NCBI GenBank assembly: GCA_039096225.1
Contig: JBBPEB010000011.1
Span: 186,001 to 250,000, forward strand
Length of the DNA stretch: 64,000 bases
Direction: 5' to 3'
From: Blastocystis sp. Blastoise
Lineage: Eukaryota > Protista > Bigyra: Opalinata
The number at the start of each line of letters is the position of its first letter. Position 1 is the stretch's first letter. The translations under genes were made by a program, and so were the position numbers. Of this stretch, positions 32,515 to 46,402 are shown piece after piece. Under the pieces are notes generated by a model. That model was not told where the DNA came from. It was given only the letters and a program-made list of their open reading frames with translations, and searched no databases.

Positions 32515-34177
32515 TTAGGCGAGTGGGAATAAATTCAATAATTGTTCTTTTTCACATATAGATAAACAATGTGGACATAAATATTGATGATTTATTTCCT
32601 TTTTAGCTTCATAATATAAATCTTTTTCATTCAATTTTTGACCATATCTATTTATATATATTTATAAGAAATAATATGAATGATATATGTATGTATATTA
32701 ATATATTTATAGACAGTTACTCATGGCATAAGACACATATTTGATCTTGATTCATTTCTGTATTTGCTAATTTATGAGGTATTTCAGAGAGTGTATGAAT
32801 CGTTGTTCTAGAATGATCTTGAAGAGAACTAATTAAATCTAAGTATATATTATAAATAGAAGGAAAAGAGAAGGAAAATATATTGAATGATATTTATATA
32901 ATAAAAATAAATATTGAATAATTTGTATATAATAAAATGAAAAACAGAGAATACTATTTTATATAATAAAAAGAAATATTGAATAATATATATAATAAAA
33001 AGAAAACAGGAATAATATTTTTATATAATAAATATAAAAATAAAGAATAAAGATTGATATAATAGTATACTATCTTATTCACATACTAGTAGAAATGAAG
33101 TTGATAGAGTTATTTTTTGTTCGTTGTAAGTTATAATAATGTTGTGATGAATATTGTATATGCTTATAATAGCAGTAACATGCTATTTCCTTCGTAGTAA
33201 CAGCAGAGAAAGGATAGATGATGTGAACCCCATAGGTAGTAAGAATAGGAGAGGAAGGAGAAACATAATAAGGAATAGAATATCCTTTACCGCTAACCGT
33301 ACGCGCCAAAATCTCAACAGAAATGTCATTCAACGTATTTGAGAAAGCAACATATAAATAATCTATTAATGATTAGTATATATATTAATAATAAGAATAA
33401 TAATAACAAATATAATAGAAAGAATAATAATAATAATAATATATATACTATGAGATTGAGCATATTCTAGAATACATTGTTGAATGAAGATTTGTAATAA
33501 ATCTATTTTATTATCTATATTTCTATAAAAATATTATTACATTATCATATTATCATATTATCATATTATTCACGATAACACTAATAATACTACAAATACC
33601 CTCTATATACTTTATATTATCAAAGAATTGTTTGCAATAATTCTTATCATTCTTAAAGAAAGTACATGATTCTAAAGATATAACATCATATTTGAATTTT
33701 AATTCTTCAGATAATAAGGACACATAATATAAAGAATCGTTTGGATCTTCAGGAAATAATAGTGAAGTATCTACATATACACCAGCTAACTAGATATATA
33801 AAAGATTGAATTGAATTTATAAAAGAATAATCTTATAAGAATAATCATAAAAAAAAATGATTCAAAACTTACCTGATAAGGCATTCTCGATCTTCCTGTT
33901 CCATTAACACATAAAGTCAGCATATGAACAAGCAGACTATATTAATCATTCAATTAAGTTTTATAGAACAAATATAAATATAATTTAAAAAGAAATACGT
34001 AGAACATTTGCCTCCAGAGAAAGGAATGAGAATTGTAGAGTTTTTAGGAACTCGAAATCCTGAGAATGTATTCTTTGTCTGTCGTAGAACTAAGGACAAT
34101 AAACAATCAAAGCAACAAGCACCACTTCGATTTGTAATGGTTGCAGGAGCTGTTCTGCACTTATAACAGAGAGGCAT
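32515..34177 (-). CDS. CTU2: Cytoplasmic tRNA 2-thiolation protein 2 (Ncs2/Ctu2), multi-exon
   Basis: N-terminal CYKC..CFDC, ILIPFSGGKCS, ARTVSGKG, IIYPFSAVTTKEI..Y, C-terminal CVLC and LCPHC. Confidence 0.8.
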
Positions 34178-35646
34178 ATTCAAAATTTAAACAAGAAATT
34201 ATGATAATACAAGAAAAAAACAATTGAAAACGAAACAAAACTTTTTTATACTTTTATATCAAGGATCTTTCGTATTTATTTATGAATATACTTTATTTAT
34301 GACTCAAAAAATGTTCAAGATTAGTAATATGGAAAGAAATGTCATGATTCTAATTAAAATGAGTAAATAATGTTTTAGAATATATTATTTTTATTTCTAC
34401 TATAAAAATAATGTTGCTACAAGTATATTAGATTAGTATGAATGTGCTAGAAATGAATAATGAAACAGTTAATGTGGATTTACTTTTCTTATTTCTACTT
34501 TTTGAATTGAATTGATGCATTTTTATTATCATGATATTTTTTAAATTTTATCATAATCTCATTTTACACAAAATACACTCTTCTACTAAATAATTTTCTT
34601 TCTGATGTTCATTCTAATACTTTCTATCATATGTATGATTTTGAAATGCTAGTTGTTAGCATTACATCTGTGAATAATTCATTATTGTTAAGATATTTAT
34701 ACCATCTTCGTCAAATTTGTAGTTTACATATAGTGATATGTAGCCTTACCTTTTCATATATTCTCCTAAGTTCATTACAAACTGATTTTTCTTCATTTAA
34801 AAATAGATTTCCTGTGTTAACTTGAAAAAAGCATCTTATAACAAAAATAAGCCTCTTGTGTTATAATATTAATATAAATAATAACGAATATAAAAAAAAT
34901 TACACTATTGGATGTACCGTCACTTTTGAGCTATAATTATAGAAGATTAAACAATGAAATGTTTACATAAAATGGTTTGAAAAATGTAGTTACAAGTAAA
35001 CATATTTTTTTTTATCATTCTAATATAAAAAAGAATATACCAATATAGGTAATACGAAGTGATATGAGAATGCGATTATAACGAATTACTTATTAGTTTC
35101 TTTTGATTTTTAAAGAGAGTTTAAAAAAAATTATTTATCTTAACTTACATATTATATGAATTCAAATAATAAAATAAAATCTTTTATAAATGAAAATGAA
35201 GGAGATATTCGTAGATAATATATAAAAGTGCTTCATGTTCAAGGAGAAATAAGAGAAACAAAAGAAAGGGATATTTGAGTAGAGATGATTGGATAATGTT
35301 AGAGAAAACACCAGTGACCTCTTAGCGTCACTGTGACCATTCAATTCATCATCATCGGAAAAACAGAAATTCTATTTGGATTAAAACGAGAGACAATATC
35401 CAATAAAATCACAAATGAATTACCTTTTGATTTGCTGGAATCTTTTGAACAATTTTTCTGAAGTCAGAAATCTTGGAATTTCACGGTTATATGTTAACAT
35501 TTTTTAATTGAGTATGACACAATCTTTGTCAGTCTTACAAACAGTGGAACAAATATAGAGAATTTCATTCTTTACCATTTTTTTAGGAAGATAATTTTCT
35601 TTTCTATAATATTTAATAATATATCCTTCTAATTATCAATCTTGAT

Positions 35647-37699
35647 ATGAGTACAATTCAGGAGCCTTTAATAGATCCAGTTCAGGAAATAATAGTAGAT
35701 AGTACGTATTTCATTTGAGTTTTTTCTATTATAATTCGAAAAATCATTTAATTTATTTATTAAATAGCATCGGAGAATAATCAGATTGTTGAAGATAAAA
35801 ATGCTATTTCTTCGGTTGTCAACGACTCTACAGTTGTCAATGTAGACAGTACAACACAACCTTTAGTTGACTCTACTCCAGTTCCTTGGTATAAGAAAAA
35901 CTATATCAAAGCTTTTTTTGCAGCTAGTTCTATACCTGGAGCTACATTCAATTTATGTTCGGCTACAATTGGTGCAGGAGCATTATCTTTAGCAAATGCT
36001 TTTAAATTAGGTGGTTGGGGTTCAAGTATTCTCTTATTATTATTTGGTGCTCTTGTTTCTATTTTTACAATTTATCTTTTGGTTCTTGCTCGAAAAGCAT
36101 CAGGTTTTAATAGCTTTGAAAGCATATCTGTATGTTTAGTTTCTTTATTATTCTTTATTTGATTATTTTTTTATTTATTTTTTTATTTTTTTATTTTATT
36201 AATTGTCTTTTATTCTAAATTATTATTATTATTATTATTATTATATAGATTCATCTTTTTGGTCGTTGGACTTTATATTTATTATATTTTGGATTATTAT
36301 GTTTTTGTATTGGAACAGCTATTGGGTATATATATATATATATATATATAACAATGTGTATACATTATTCTTTAAAAATTTTTACATATTAATATTTTAT
36401 ATATATTAAATATAGATATGTAATTGCTGTAAGAGATATTTTTGAAGATATTTTAACATTTGATATATTACCTGAGTGTATTTCTAATAAATATATATTA
36501 ACATCAATATTTTGGTTAATATTTATGTTGCCTCTTTGTTTATTAAAGAATATGGATAATCTTCGATTTACTTCTTTTTCTGGATTATTATGTATTACTT
36601 ATATTGTATGTACTGTCGTTACTATGGCTATTCAGAACTTTGATCTTGAACAATTTAAATCATTATCTGTAGTTAACTGGAATTTGGATCTTATAAGAGC
36701 CATTCCTCTCATGTTATTTGCTTTCTCATGTCAAATCAATGTCTATGAAATTGAAAGCACTCTCTCCGGTAATCAAGAAAAACGAATATATATATATATA
36801 TATATAGTTATTATTAATTTAGTCTTATTTATTAGTAAAACAATATTTTTTTATTCCCGATTTTTTTTTTATTTAGTTTCAATTCTTCAATTCTATATAT
36901 ATATAACTATTTATATAATAATGTATAGGAATGGTTAAAGCTGGTTATTTTGCTATGTTTATTTCTTCTATTGCTTATATAGCTGTAGGTTTCGCTGGAT
37001 ATATACGTTTTGGAGAGAATATTAAAGGAAATATCTTATTAAATATGATTGATTCTAAAGAACCTTATGTTATTGCTACTTTCTTTGTTATGATATATGT
37101 TATTATTATTGCATTCCCTCTTAATATATTCCCTGCTAGATTTACGATAATATCGATGATATGGGGAATAGAAGTAGCAGAATCGAAAGAGAATACTACT
37201 GTTAGTATTATTCGTCATTATGTATTATCTGTTATTATATCGGGTATCGTTTTAGTATGTGGACTACTCATTCAAGATCTATCCACTGTCTTCCAATTCA
37301 TAGGCAGTATATATATATAACATATTAATATATATATATAACATATTAATATATATATAACATATATTATATACTCTCTTATATTTTTATATTATTTTTA
37401 ATATTTACTTCTCTTTTATTTACATATATATAATAATAATATTTATATATAGGTGTTGCTAGTACAATGATTTGTTTTGCTTATCCTGCTATTATGTGTA
37501 TTTATCTTAAGAAGAAAGGACAATTAGAGTATCTATATACATATATATATATCTAGTATACTTTTTTTTTATTTTCATATAAATATTTATTTATATTAAT
37601 ATATCTAGAATGTCTTTGGGACTAACAATTGCTAGTTGGTGCTTATTAATTGGATCTATTATCGTCGGAATTGTCTCTTTAGTCACTATTTTTATATAA
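35647..37699 (+). CDS. Amino acid transporter, AAAP/SLC38 (Aa_trans) family, multi-exon
   Basis: GATFNLCSATIGAGALSL..F..GGW, LPLCLLKNMDNLRFTS, FAFSCQIN, GYIRFG..I.GNILLN, FPLNIFPAR, FAYPA. N-terminal EPLI is a possible vacuolar sorting signal. Confidence 0.92.
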
Positions 37700-38189
37700 T
37701 TTCTCGAATATTAAACATATATATATTATCTATTATTAAAGTTTATTTTCTAATTTTTACTTTTTCCTTTTCACAATGTCTTCTTTCTTTTTCTGAATCC
37801 AGTTATAACGTTATTGTAATCCTAGTCTTTATGAAAATTTCGTATTCATTTTATTTTCATATTTAATCATTTAGTTTCGCAATTCCTTTTTCTGATTTTT
37901 ATTCCCCGAATTGTTTCCTATTGATATTATTATACAAATATTGAACTTTTTTTCAATTATAATTATCTTCTTTTTATTTACTACCAAAATCATAGAAATA
38001 CTCAAAGTATAAATGAATAGAATAGCATCCAATATACATTATCAACTAAAAATACAAGAAAAGACGATAATACAAAATGTTATTAAAACATTAAATAACG
38101 ACGGGGATTCAAAATTATTCAGTGAAAAAGAATTTATAATGAGAAAGAAAAAGAAAAACCATTATTTTATATTGAATACATAGTCCACT

Positions 38190-39268
38190 ATGACTGGTAA
38201 ACCAAGAGCTAAAGCTAGAGGTAAGAAGCCTACAAGAGGTGTTAGAACTTATGTTGAAAATGAGGAAGAATTCTTAGCTAGAAATGCTCTTGAAGCAGAA
38301 GCTCAAAGAAAGAATAGACACGATGAAGAAGATGATGAAGAAGAAGTAACAAATCATGCTCGTGAAGTTGTCAGAGAACCTAAGAAGATAGATTCTGAAG
38401 AAAGTGATTCTGATGATATGGATGCTGATCTTGCTAAACAACAATCAACTTCTATTCGTAGAATCAACAGACAACCTGCTCCTAGACCTCAACCTAAATC
38501 TGCTATGAAACCAAATAACAAGAAGGAAAAGAAAGTTGTATGTTAAAATATATATCTTATATATATGATAGCTTTATTTTTATTTTTATTTTTATTTTTT
38601 ATTATTTTTTTTATTTTTTTTTTTTTTTATTTTATATATATATAGTCATTTGCTGAAGATGAATTTGCTGATATGGATGTTGGTAAATTTAAGAAGGTAT
38701 ATATATATATATATATACTCTATTTTTAATGAATTATTTATTTATATAGAATTCACTTGAATCAAATGCTCCTAATAATAAAGAAAAGTATATTATTATA
38801 TTTTATTTATTATATATATTATATTTATTATTATTATATTTTCGTAGACTTGCTCAACAAAAGAAAGAAGCACGTGAACGTTATATGCAACAAACACTTG
38901 AAGGAAAAACCGTATATATATAATATATATAATATATATAATATATATAATATATATAATATATATATAGGCTGAAGGTAAGGCTATGTTAGAGAGATTG
39001 GCTGCTGTTCGTAAACAAAGAGAAGAAGCTGCCAAGAGAAGAGCTCTTGAAGAAGAAGGTATATGTATATATAGTCTTATCTATCCTATTCTATAGTTTA
39101 TATTCTTATTCTTATTATTTATTGTATTATTAGTACTATATATATTATTATTATTATTTCATATACATATATTTTCTTATAGCTAGAAAAGAAGAAGAAA
39201 AGAGAGCTGAAGAAGCTGCTAGACTCAAATATGAGAAATATGAACAATCTCTTAAGAGCAAAAAGTAA
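38190..39268 (+). CDS. PDAP1: PP28/HASPP28 (PDGFA-associated protein 1)-like, 6 exons
   Basis: Basic/acidic N-terminus and a spliced C-terminal KEARERYMQQTLEGKT-AEGKAMLERLAAVRKQREEAAKRR typical of the PP28 domain. Confidence 0.82.
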
Positions 39269-39611
39269 ACTCATTCTATTCTATATATATATAATCTAAT
39301 TTATTATTTATCATATTTATATGTCTATATCATTCATAAATATATATTGTGTGTAAAGGGAATAGCATTTAGTTTTGTTTATAAATATTTGTAATATCAT
39401 TTATTTATGTATTTCTTTTTTTTTATTTAACATTAGAAAATGACTATAAACATTATATCAAAACTAAATCATTTCTATTATTGAGATGATAAATTGAAAA
39501 ATTCATTTTTTTCTTTTTTACACATTTTTCATCTCAGTTTCTTTTTTAATTACAATAAGAATTATTAGCTAAGAGAGGTCATCTAAGTGAACACAAATTA
39601 CGAATCTATAT

Positions 39612-40149
39612 ATGATATCTCATCTATATAAACAATCGCGGGATTTAATAATTCAGTTCTATTCTTCAAGTAATACGTTTAATGAATTATAATTAATATT
39701 TATGAAAAATTAGGAAGAACAACGCACACAATTTCATTAGTATCTGGCAATTATAAATCTGGAAAGTCACAGTTCGTATGACTTATGATAGTTATTATTT
39801 ATAAAATATCTAGTTAGTCAGTAAGATCAATGAATTACTTTTAAATGGGATCAAAGGTAGTGAGATTCTCGTTTTAAAGTATCCTTTATTTTAGTTACAG
39901 TATAATACTATGTATATTTAAATATATATGAATCCTTAATTATCATTTCTTCCTTTGATTCTGCACAGAAACTTCAAAAACGTCTTGATGTGTATATAAA
40001 TTCTATTCAATATTATTTATAATACATTGATATATATATACTTTAAACTAAGTATGTGTCTCTATATAGAGAATGTCCTTTTTCATCCATTAATATTGAA
40101 AATCATTCCATTTCCACTTATGGACGTCATCTTTATTCAGTATTTTATT

Positions 40150-40194
<45 letters not shown>

Positions 40195-41736
40195 AATTAT
40201 TATTATTATGTTCATATTTATGATTATATAGATATTAAATGAACCATTTCCATTTTTATTTCCTTCTAATGAAGTTATGGGAAATCTTCAAGAACAATTA
40301 TTCTTTCAATCACAACAGTATATATATATGTATATTTGTTATATGTATATATATAAATAGATCAAAATTACCTATTTCAATTTCTGATACCTTAAATTCT
40401 TTTAATTCAACAAAAACATATTTAAATTATATACATTTGCTACAAGTATATAGTTATATTTATTTATATATAATTATATATTTTTGAATATATATATATA
40501 TAGTTATATAATATTTCTCCTGAAGAATATTCGAAAGAATTACAAAAGATTTGTTTAACAGAAGGATATAATGACGAACTCTCTGATGTTCAAAATATAG
40601 AGTCACTTTTGTATTTATTATTCTATTTATTATTATTGTTTTTATTATTATTATTATATATTATTATTATATATTATCCCTATAAATGTAGTTCTCTTTC
40701 CCAAAAATCATTTTCTTTTGTGTATTCGCAATATAATCATATTAAATCACAAAATAACCGAAAAAATGTTTTTGATATTTATTTAGATATCGATAGATCG
40801 CCATACAAGAAAGATATTTATTCTTATTTATCAAATGTATATGAATATATATATATATTATTTAGAAATATATATATATGAATATATTTTTATTATTTAG
40901 AAATATAAATATATATTTGTGGACAATATTCATTTTTTTCCTCCATTACTTATTTCATATTTATGTCAATATTCCCATGGGAATACATCTCTTTATATGA
41001 CTTACAATCCTTATTATCCTTCACCATTTGGATTTGATTTCATAACGTATTTGACGCAACATCTGTCATCAATAGATCATCATCAACTGCCAATAGAATC
41101 CACTGTTTCCCCTCTTGTGTACTCCGTACAAATGAAATATCAACATGGTATATATTATAATTAATATGTATATATAAATATATATTATTATTATTATTAT
41201 ACTATAGTTTCACTTCCTATGTCAACATTATCAACACAGCCATCGTGTATATATATATATAGTAATATGTATAGTAATATATATGTAGTATACTTTAAGA
41301 ATTATATATCGAAGGAGGATGAAATGGAAGGAATTTCTTTACAAATTAAACAGATTATAGATACCTATAAAGGTATATAATACATATAATATTCATACTA
41401 TTCTATATATATATACAGATATTCGTTTATCAGATATAGCAGTTCTTCTACCAAATATGTATATATATATATATATATTATTATTAATATATATTAAAAT
41501 AGAAAAAGTGTGGAACAGTATTATAAATATTTCAAATCGATTGGTATTCGCACAAATATTCAGTTTCCTTTAGATGGTGTATATTAATATTGAATATTAT
41601 TATATATATTATATAGTCAATGATATATTATCATATATTGCGTTGTATATACATATCTCCCCCTCCTCCTGCCTCTCTCTATGAAGTACTATCTTCTCTC
41701 GTCACAACTGATCATAATAATAATAATAATATCTCA

Positions 41737-41809
<73 letters not shown>

Positions 41810-43238
41810 GCATAAACAATATAAGTGAAGATTTCCTTAATATTCAAAGTATATATACATATATATATATATATATAATTCATTTATTTAGAATATGCAT
41901 ATCAGCAGAATACATCTCTTTGGAATATAATAGAACAACTATCAAAGAATAAATCTATGTATATATATATACTATTACTATTCTATATATATATATATAG
42001 CGAGAAACTATCTCCCTCATCAGTAATATTATTCAAACAATTGTATTCCACAATTGTGTCTCTTAATCCCTCCTTAAACCCTCGCTATACTCCAAACAGC
42101 CGTCTGATTCTCTTTTTAAAAAAAATTCATCTCTATGATACTACTGTATATTCTATATTATATATATATATATATAGGATAAATCTTCTTTAAATAATTT
42201 TATCAAATTAATTGATACATATTCAGAGTCATTGTTAAATTCCCGTGGGAATGAAGAATCTTTTGATTCAGATTCGTTTTTTAAGTATACTATTTAATAT
42301 ATATATATATATATATATATAGAACAATACGAATGTTAACTATGTTTCCAGTGAATAATGACGATGATTCCTTTGAGCCAATAAAAACAAGCGACGATGA
42401 TAATTATGTTCTTGATAATGATCTCCAATCACTACAATTGTGTTCCTTAAAACGAGAGTCAACGTCTTCAATAAAAGTATATATATATATACAAAAACAT
42501 ATATATCCTCGTTAGTATTTGTTTATTCCTTCCCTTGTCAAACCAAGAACATTAAAACCAGTTATTCATAAATATATTCATTATTCTGCCTTGCAATCTC
42601 ACTATAATCGTGATTTTTTTCATGATGTCCCTAATTCATTAGAAACTTTTAAATCCAATAGTATATATAATTCCTTCTTATCTTATCTCTCCTCTTCTTC
42701 TTCTTCTATATATATATCTACTTACTCATTCTCTTCCTCTAAACGTATTACTCCTTCTATTCTTCTTTATGACTTCCTCTCATTCTATTCTTCACTACCA
42801 TTGCAACTAAATCCCCGTGGGGAAATCGATCTTCTAGCATATCGATATCAATATCATAAATGTATAGCTCGTATCTCTTCAGTGAAATCCTTAAATAAGA
42901 AAATAATTGATAAGGAAAGAGAAGAAGATATATTCATGTATAATAAACTTTACAATGATGATAATAAGAATAATAATAAAACAAACATTCAACACAATAT
43001 GAGCAATACTAAAAACAATAATATCTCCACAAAAACACAAACAACAGAAGAAAATACAAATTGTAATTTATATATTCCTCAAGAATCCACTATTCCAGGA
43101 ATAACCGCGAATATCAACAATAAAATGGTGTTTTATTTAAGTTATTCACGGTTATGTTCTTATGAATCTTGTCCTTACTCTTTATACTTACGTTATGTAT
43201 ATATTTATTATTTATATTCTATATACATATTATTCTAT

Positions 43239-43269
<31 letters not shown>

Positions 43270-43574
43270 TATACTATATATATAGGTCAGTAAAGAACAA
43301 TCAGATGCTAATATATATATGAAATATGGATCATTTCTGCATTCTATTATTCTTGATCTATCATCATATATATATACTTTATATATATATATATATGAAC
43401 TATTTATGAACTAAAAAATATATAGTACTTATATTTATTACTATATATATAACATAAACGATATATATAGTATATATATTCCGAGTACAGAAATCTTCAA
43501 GATTCTGATGATTTTACAGAGCTAATAACCGCGGTTATTGATAAATATTGGAAGTCAAATGATTTTAATACATC

Positions 43575-43640
<66 letters not shown>

Positions 43641-44472
43641 TAGAGCGTATCTTTATATAATACTTTTATTTCTATTTCAAAACAATTTGTTAAACGAGAA
43701 ATTCATAATAAAAATCTAAACCCCAATAGTATATATTTAATATAATAAATATAGTAGAATATATTTAATATAATAAATATAGTAGAATATAAAAATCATA
43801 ATTCTAATAATAATAAAATATATAGATCGATATATTGGTGAATATCCATTTTCATTTGATATTCCATTAGCGGGAAATATTTGTACTTTTCGCGGGGTAT
43901 GGGATCGAATACAAATGTATATATATATAAACATAATATTATTGATATAAAATTTGTTTCATCTAGAAAAGATGGGATTCCCGTGGGAATAACTGAGTAT
44001 AAATCATCCCCTTCTGTTATATTTCAGTCTTTATCATCCAATGAGATGCAAGCAACCCTCTCTGATGATAATATGAATACAGAAAAAACAGTAAAAAAAT
44101 GGAAACAACAATATCAATTTCAATTAGATATGTATATATATTATATTATATGTATATATATTATATACTATGTATTATATACTATTATATACTATGTATT
44201 ACAACTTTATTATATATATATATATAACTAGGTATATTCGTGCATTTCAAACGTTATTTGGACGCAAACCACAATATGTTCGATTAGAGAGTATCGAGAG
44301 TCCTATAGGAATAGATATAGATATAGATCAATGTAATTATAATGAATTAGATAAACGTATATATACTTATATGTGTAATATACAAAAACATTATTTTGAG
44401 CCCAATTCGAATACTTTTCATTGTTCTTTATGTGAATTTAAACATAATTGTAAATATTCAAAAACAGTATAA
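39612..44472 (+). CDS. UvrD-like (degenerate) helicase fused to a C-terminal PD-(D/E)XK Fe-S nuclease (AddB/AdnB-like), many exons
   Basis: Helicase part: Walker A GNYKSGKS, LLLNGIKGSEILVL, YKYIFVDN (Walker B position), DIAVLLP. Nuclease part: LSYSRLCSYESCPY, YGSFLH, GEYPF, RGVWDRI, ITEYKS, QLDMY, HCSLCEFKHNC*. Confidence 0.82.
39879..39946 (+). other. U12-type (minor) intron in the helicase-nuclease gene
   Basis: 5' GTATCCTTT at 39879 and branch site TCCTTAAT at 39933-39940. The 3' end is uncertain (39946 by alignment; nearest AG at 39967-39968). Confidence 0.7.
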
Positions 44473-45313
44473 AGAGTATTTTTTGAATATCATAATAGTT
44501 TTGTTATCTTCATATTTATATTCATACAGTTCAGACAGATATAGTATAATATAAATGACTTCATATATATTAATAATCATAATTATGTTATACATAATAT
44601 TCATTGATATATTATAGATTATATTTTTAAATAAAGAACTAGTAACAAAACTAGATATAATAAACAGATTTAATTATTTTTTTAAAATTTACTTGAAAAT
44701 CTTTGCAAGGAAAAATTAATATACTATAAAAAAGAATATCAAAAATAAAGAAGACAAAAATGTAAAAAAACAAACAGAAAGAAATAAAAAGAAAAAAGTA
44801 TTTCTTAAAGAGTGAACTGTAAAAAAAATATATATATATATAATATATAAATATATAGATATATATGTGCAAAAAATATATATAATACAACAAGATATTT
44901 GTGAAACAGAGTGGGAAAAAAAGAAAAGTAAATAAATTGTTATAAAGAATTAAATAAAAAAAATTAAAAAATAATTATTATATAAAAACTTAATATATAT
45001 ATATATATCTTATAAACTCAATAGTAGCAATAAGAGAAGAAAACAATAGAGAGAGAATGAATAAGTATATATAAATAACAATATATAAATAGAACAAAGA
45101 ACAAATAACTATATATAAATATATATACATATATATATAATGAAAAATAAATAAATTTTTTAAAAAGACGAAAAACTTGCATCAAGTGGTTTTTTGAAGC
45201 TTGTAGAGGTATATAAGATATATATATAGTTATATATATATAGAAAATAGTATAATAGAATATATATAGTATAAAGAGAGAAATATAATTATATGAATAT
45301 ATATATATAGTTA

Positions 45314-46368
45314 TTATTTAGTTTGAACAGCCGTAGGAGTTACACTTTCTGTATTATATAATTCATCTAAATTAATATTTGTATCTATATCTAAAGAAGA
45401 ATTTATATAGGGAGTGGGGGTTCTAGAAGAAACACTAATATCATCAGATAATACTATAGGAGAATGAAGAGACACAATTTGTTGATTCGTCGAATCTGTT
45501 AGCAGATCAATCTTTTCAGAAACACTATTAGAGTCACGTGATGTACTCTCTTTGTTTTGTTCTATAGAATCATCCTTAACACATACAGTTGTTTGCACAG
45601 ATTCGTTATGTATACTTGATTTATTCGCTTGTTTTTGTTCTTCTTCTTCTTTTCTTCTATTATTATTATTATTATCTGAGATATTATTCTTATTATCTGA
45701 GATATTATTCTTATTATCTTTATTATCATTATTATCAGTATTATCATTATTATCAGTATTATTATCTTTATTATTAATATCTAAAATATTATTATTACTA
45801 TTATTATTAGTATCTTTTTCTATATCAGTTCCAGACTCATTATCTTGTGATTTCGGTACAGGAATGACCATAGAGCTGAATGGATTCAGATTCGTTAAGA
45901 TCTCCTGATGGACGCTGAACATAGACGATGTCTTTGTATGAGAAGCATTATTCGATATATTTATATCTTTTGATATAGTAGTTGATTTAGTATCAGACAC
46001 AGTAGTTGAAGATGATTGGTTACAAGAAGAGGGATCCTGCGGAATAGTATTTCCTTCTTTATGATCATTAGGTAGTGAAGATATATTATTCTTATGAATA
46101 TCCTGTAGGATCTCAGATGTACTAGGTATAGGAGAAGGAGTAGGTGTATGGGTAATACTAGGAGAATGAAGAGACACTCCCTTCGCTTCTAATATAGCAT
46201 CTACATCCACATTATAAGATATAGAAACAATACGACTCTTTGGAGACGATAATTCCACGGGAGAAATGGAATTCTGCTTGGATATTTTATCTGTATTAGC
46301 GGGCATAGATAGCGCGGTAAATCGAGGAGAAGATAAAGATGGAGAAAGAATAGATAAATCAGAATTAA

Positions 46369-46402
<34 letters not shown>

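Noticed and set aside
35162-35580. Possible small minus-strand gene upstream of the amino-acid transporter
   Set aside because: Candidate exons do not splice into a convincing ORF and show no recognisable motif.
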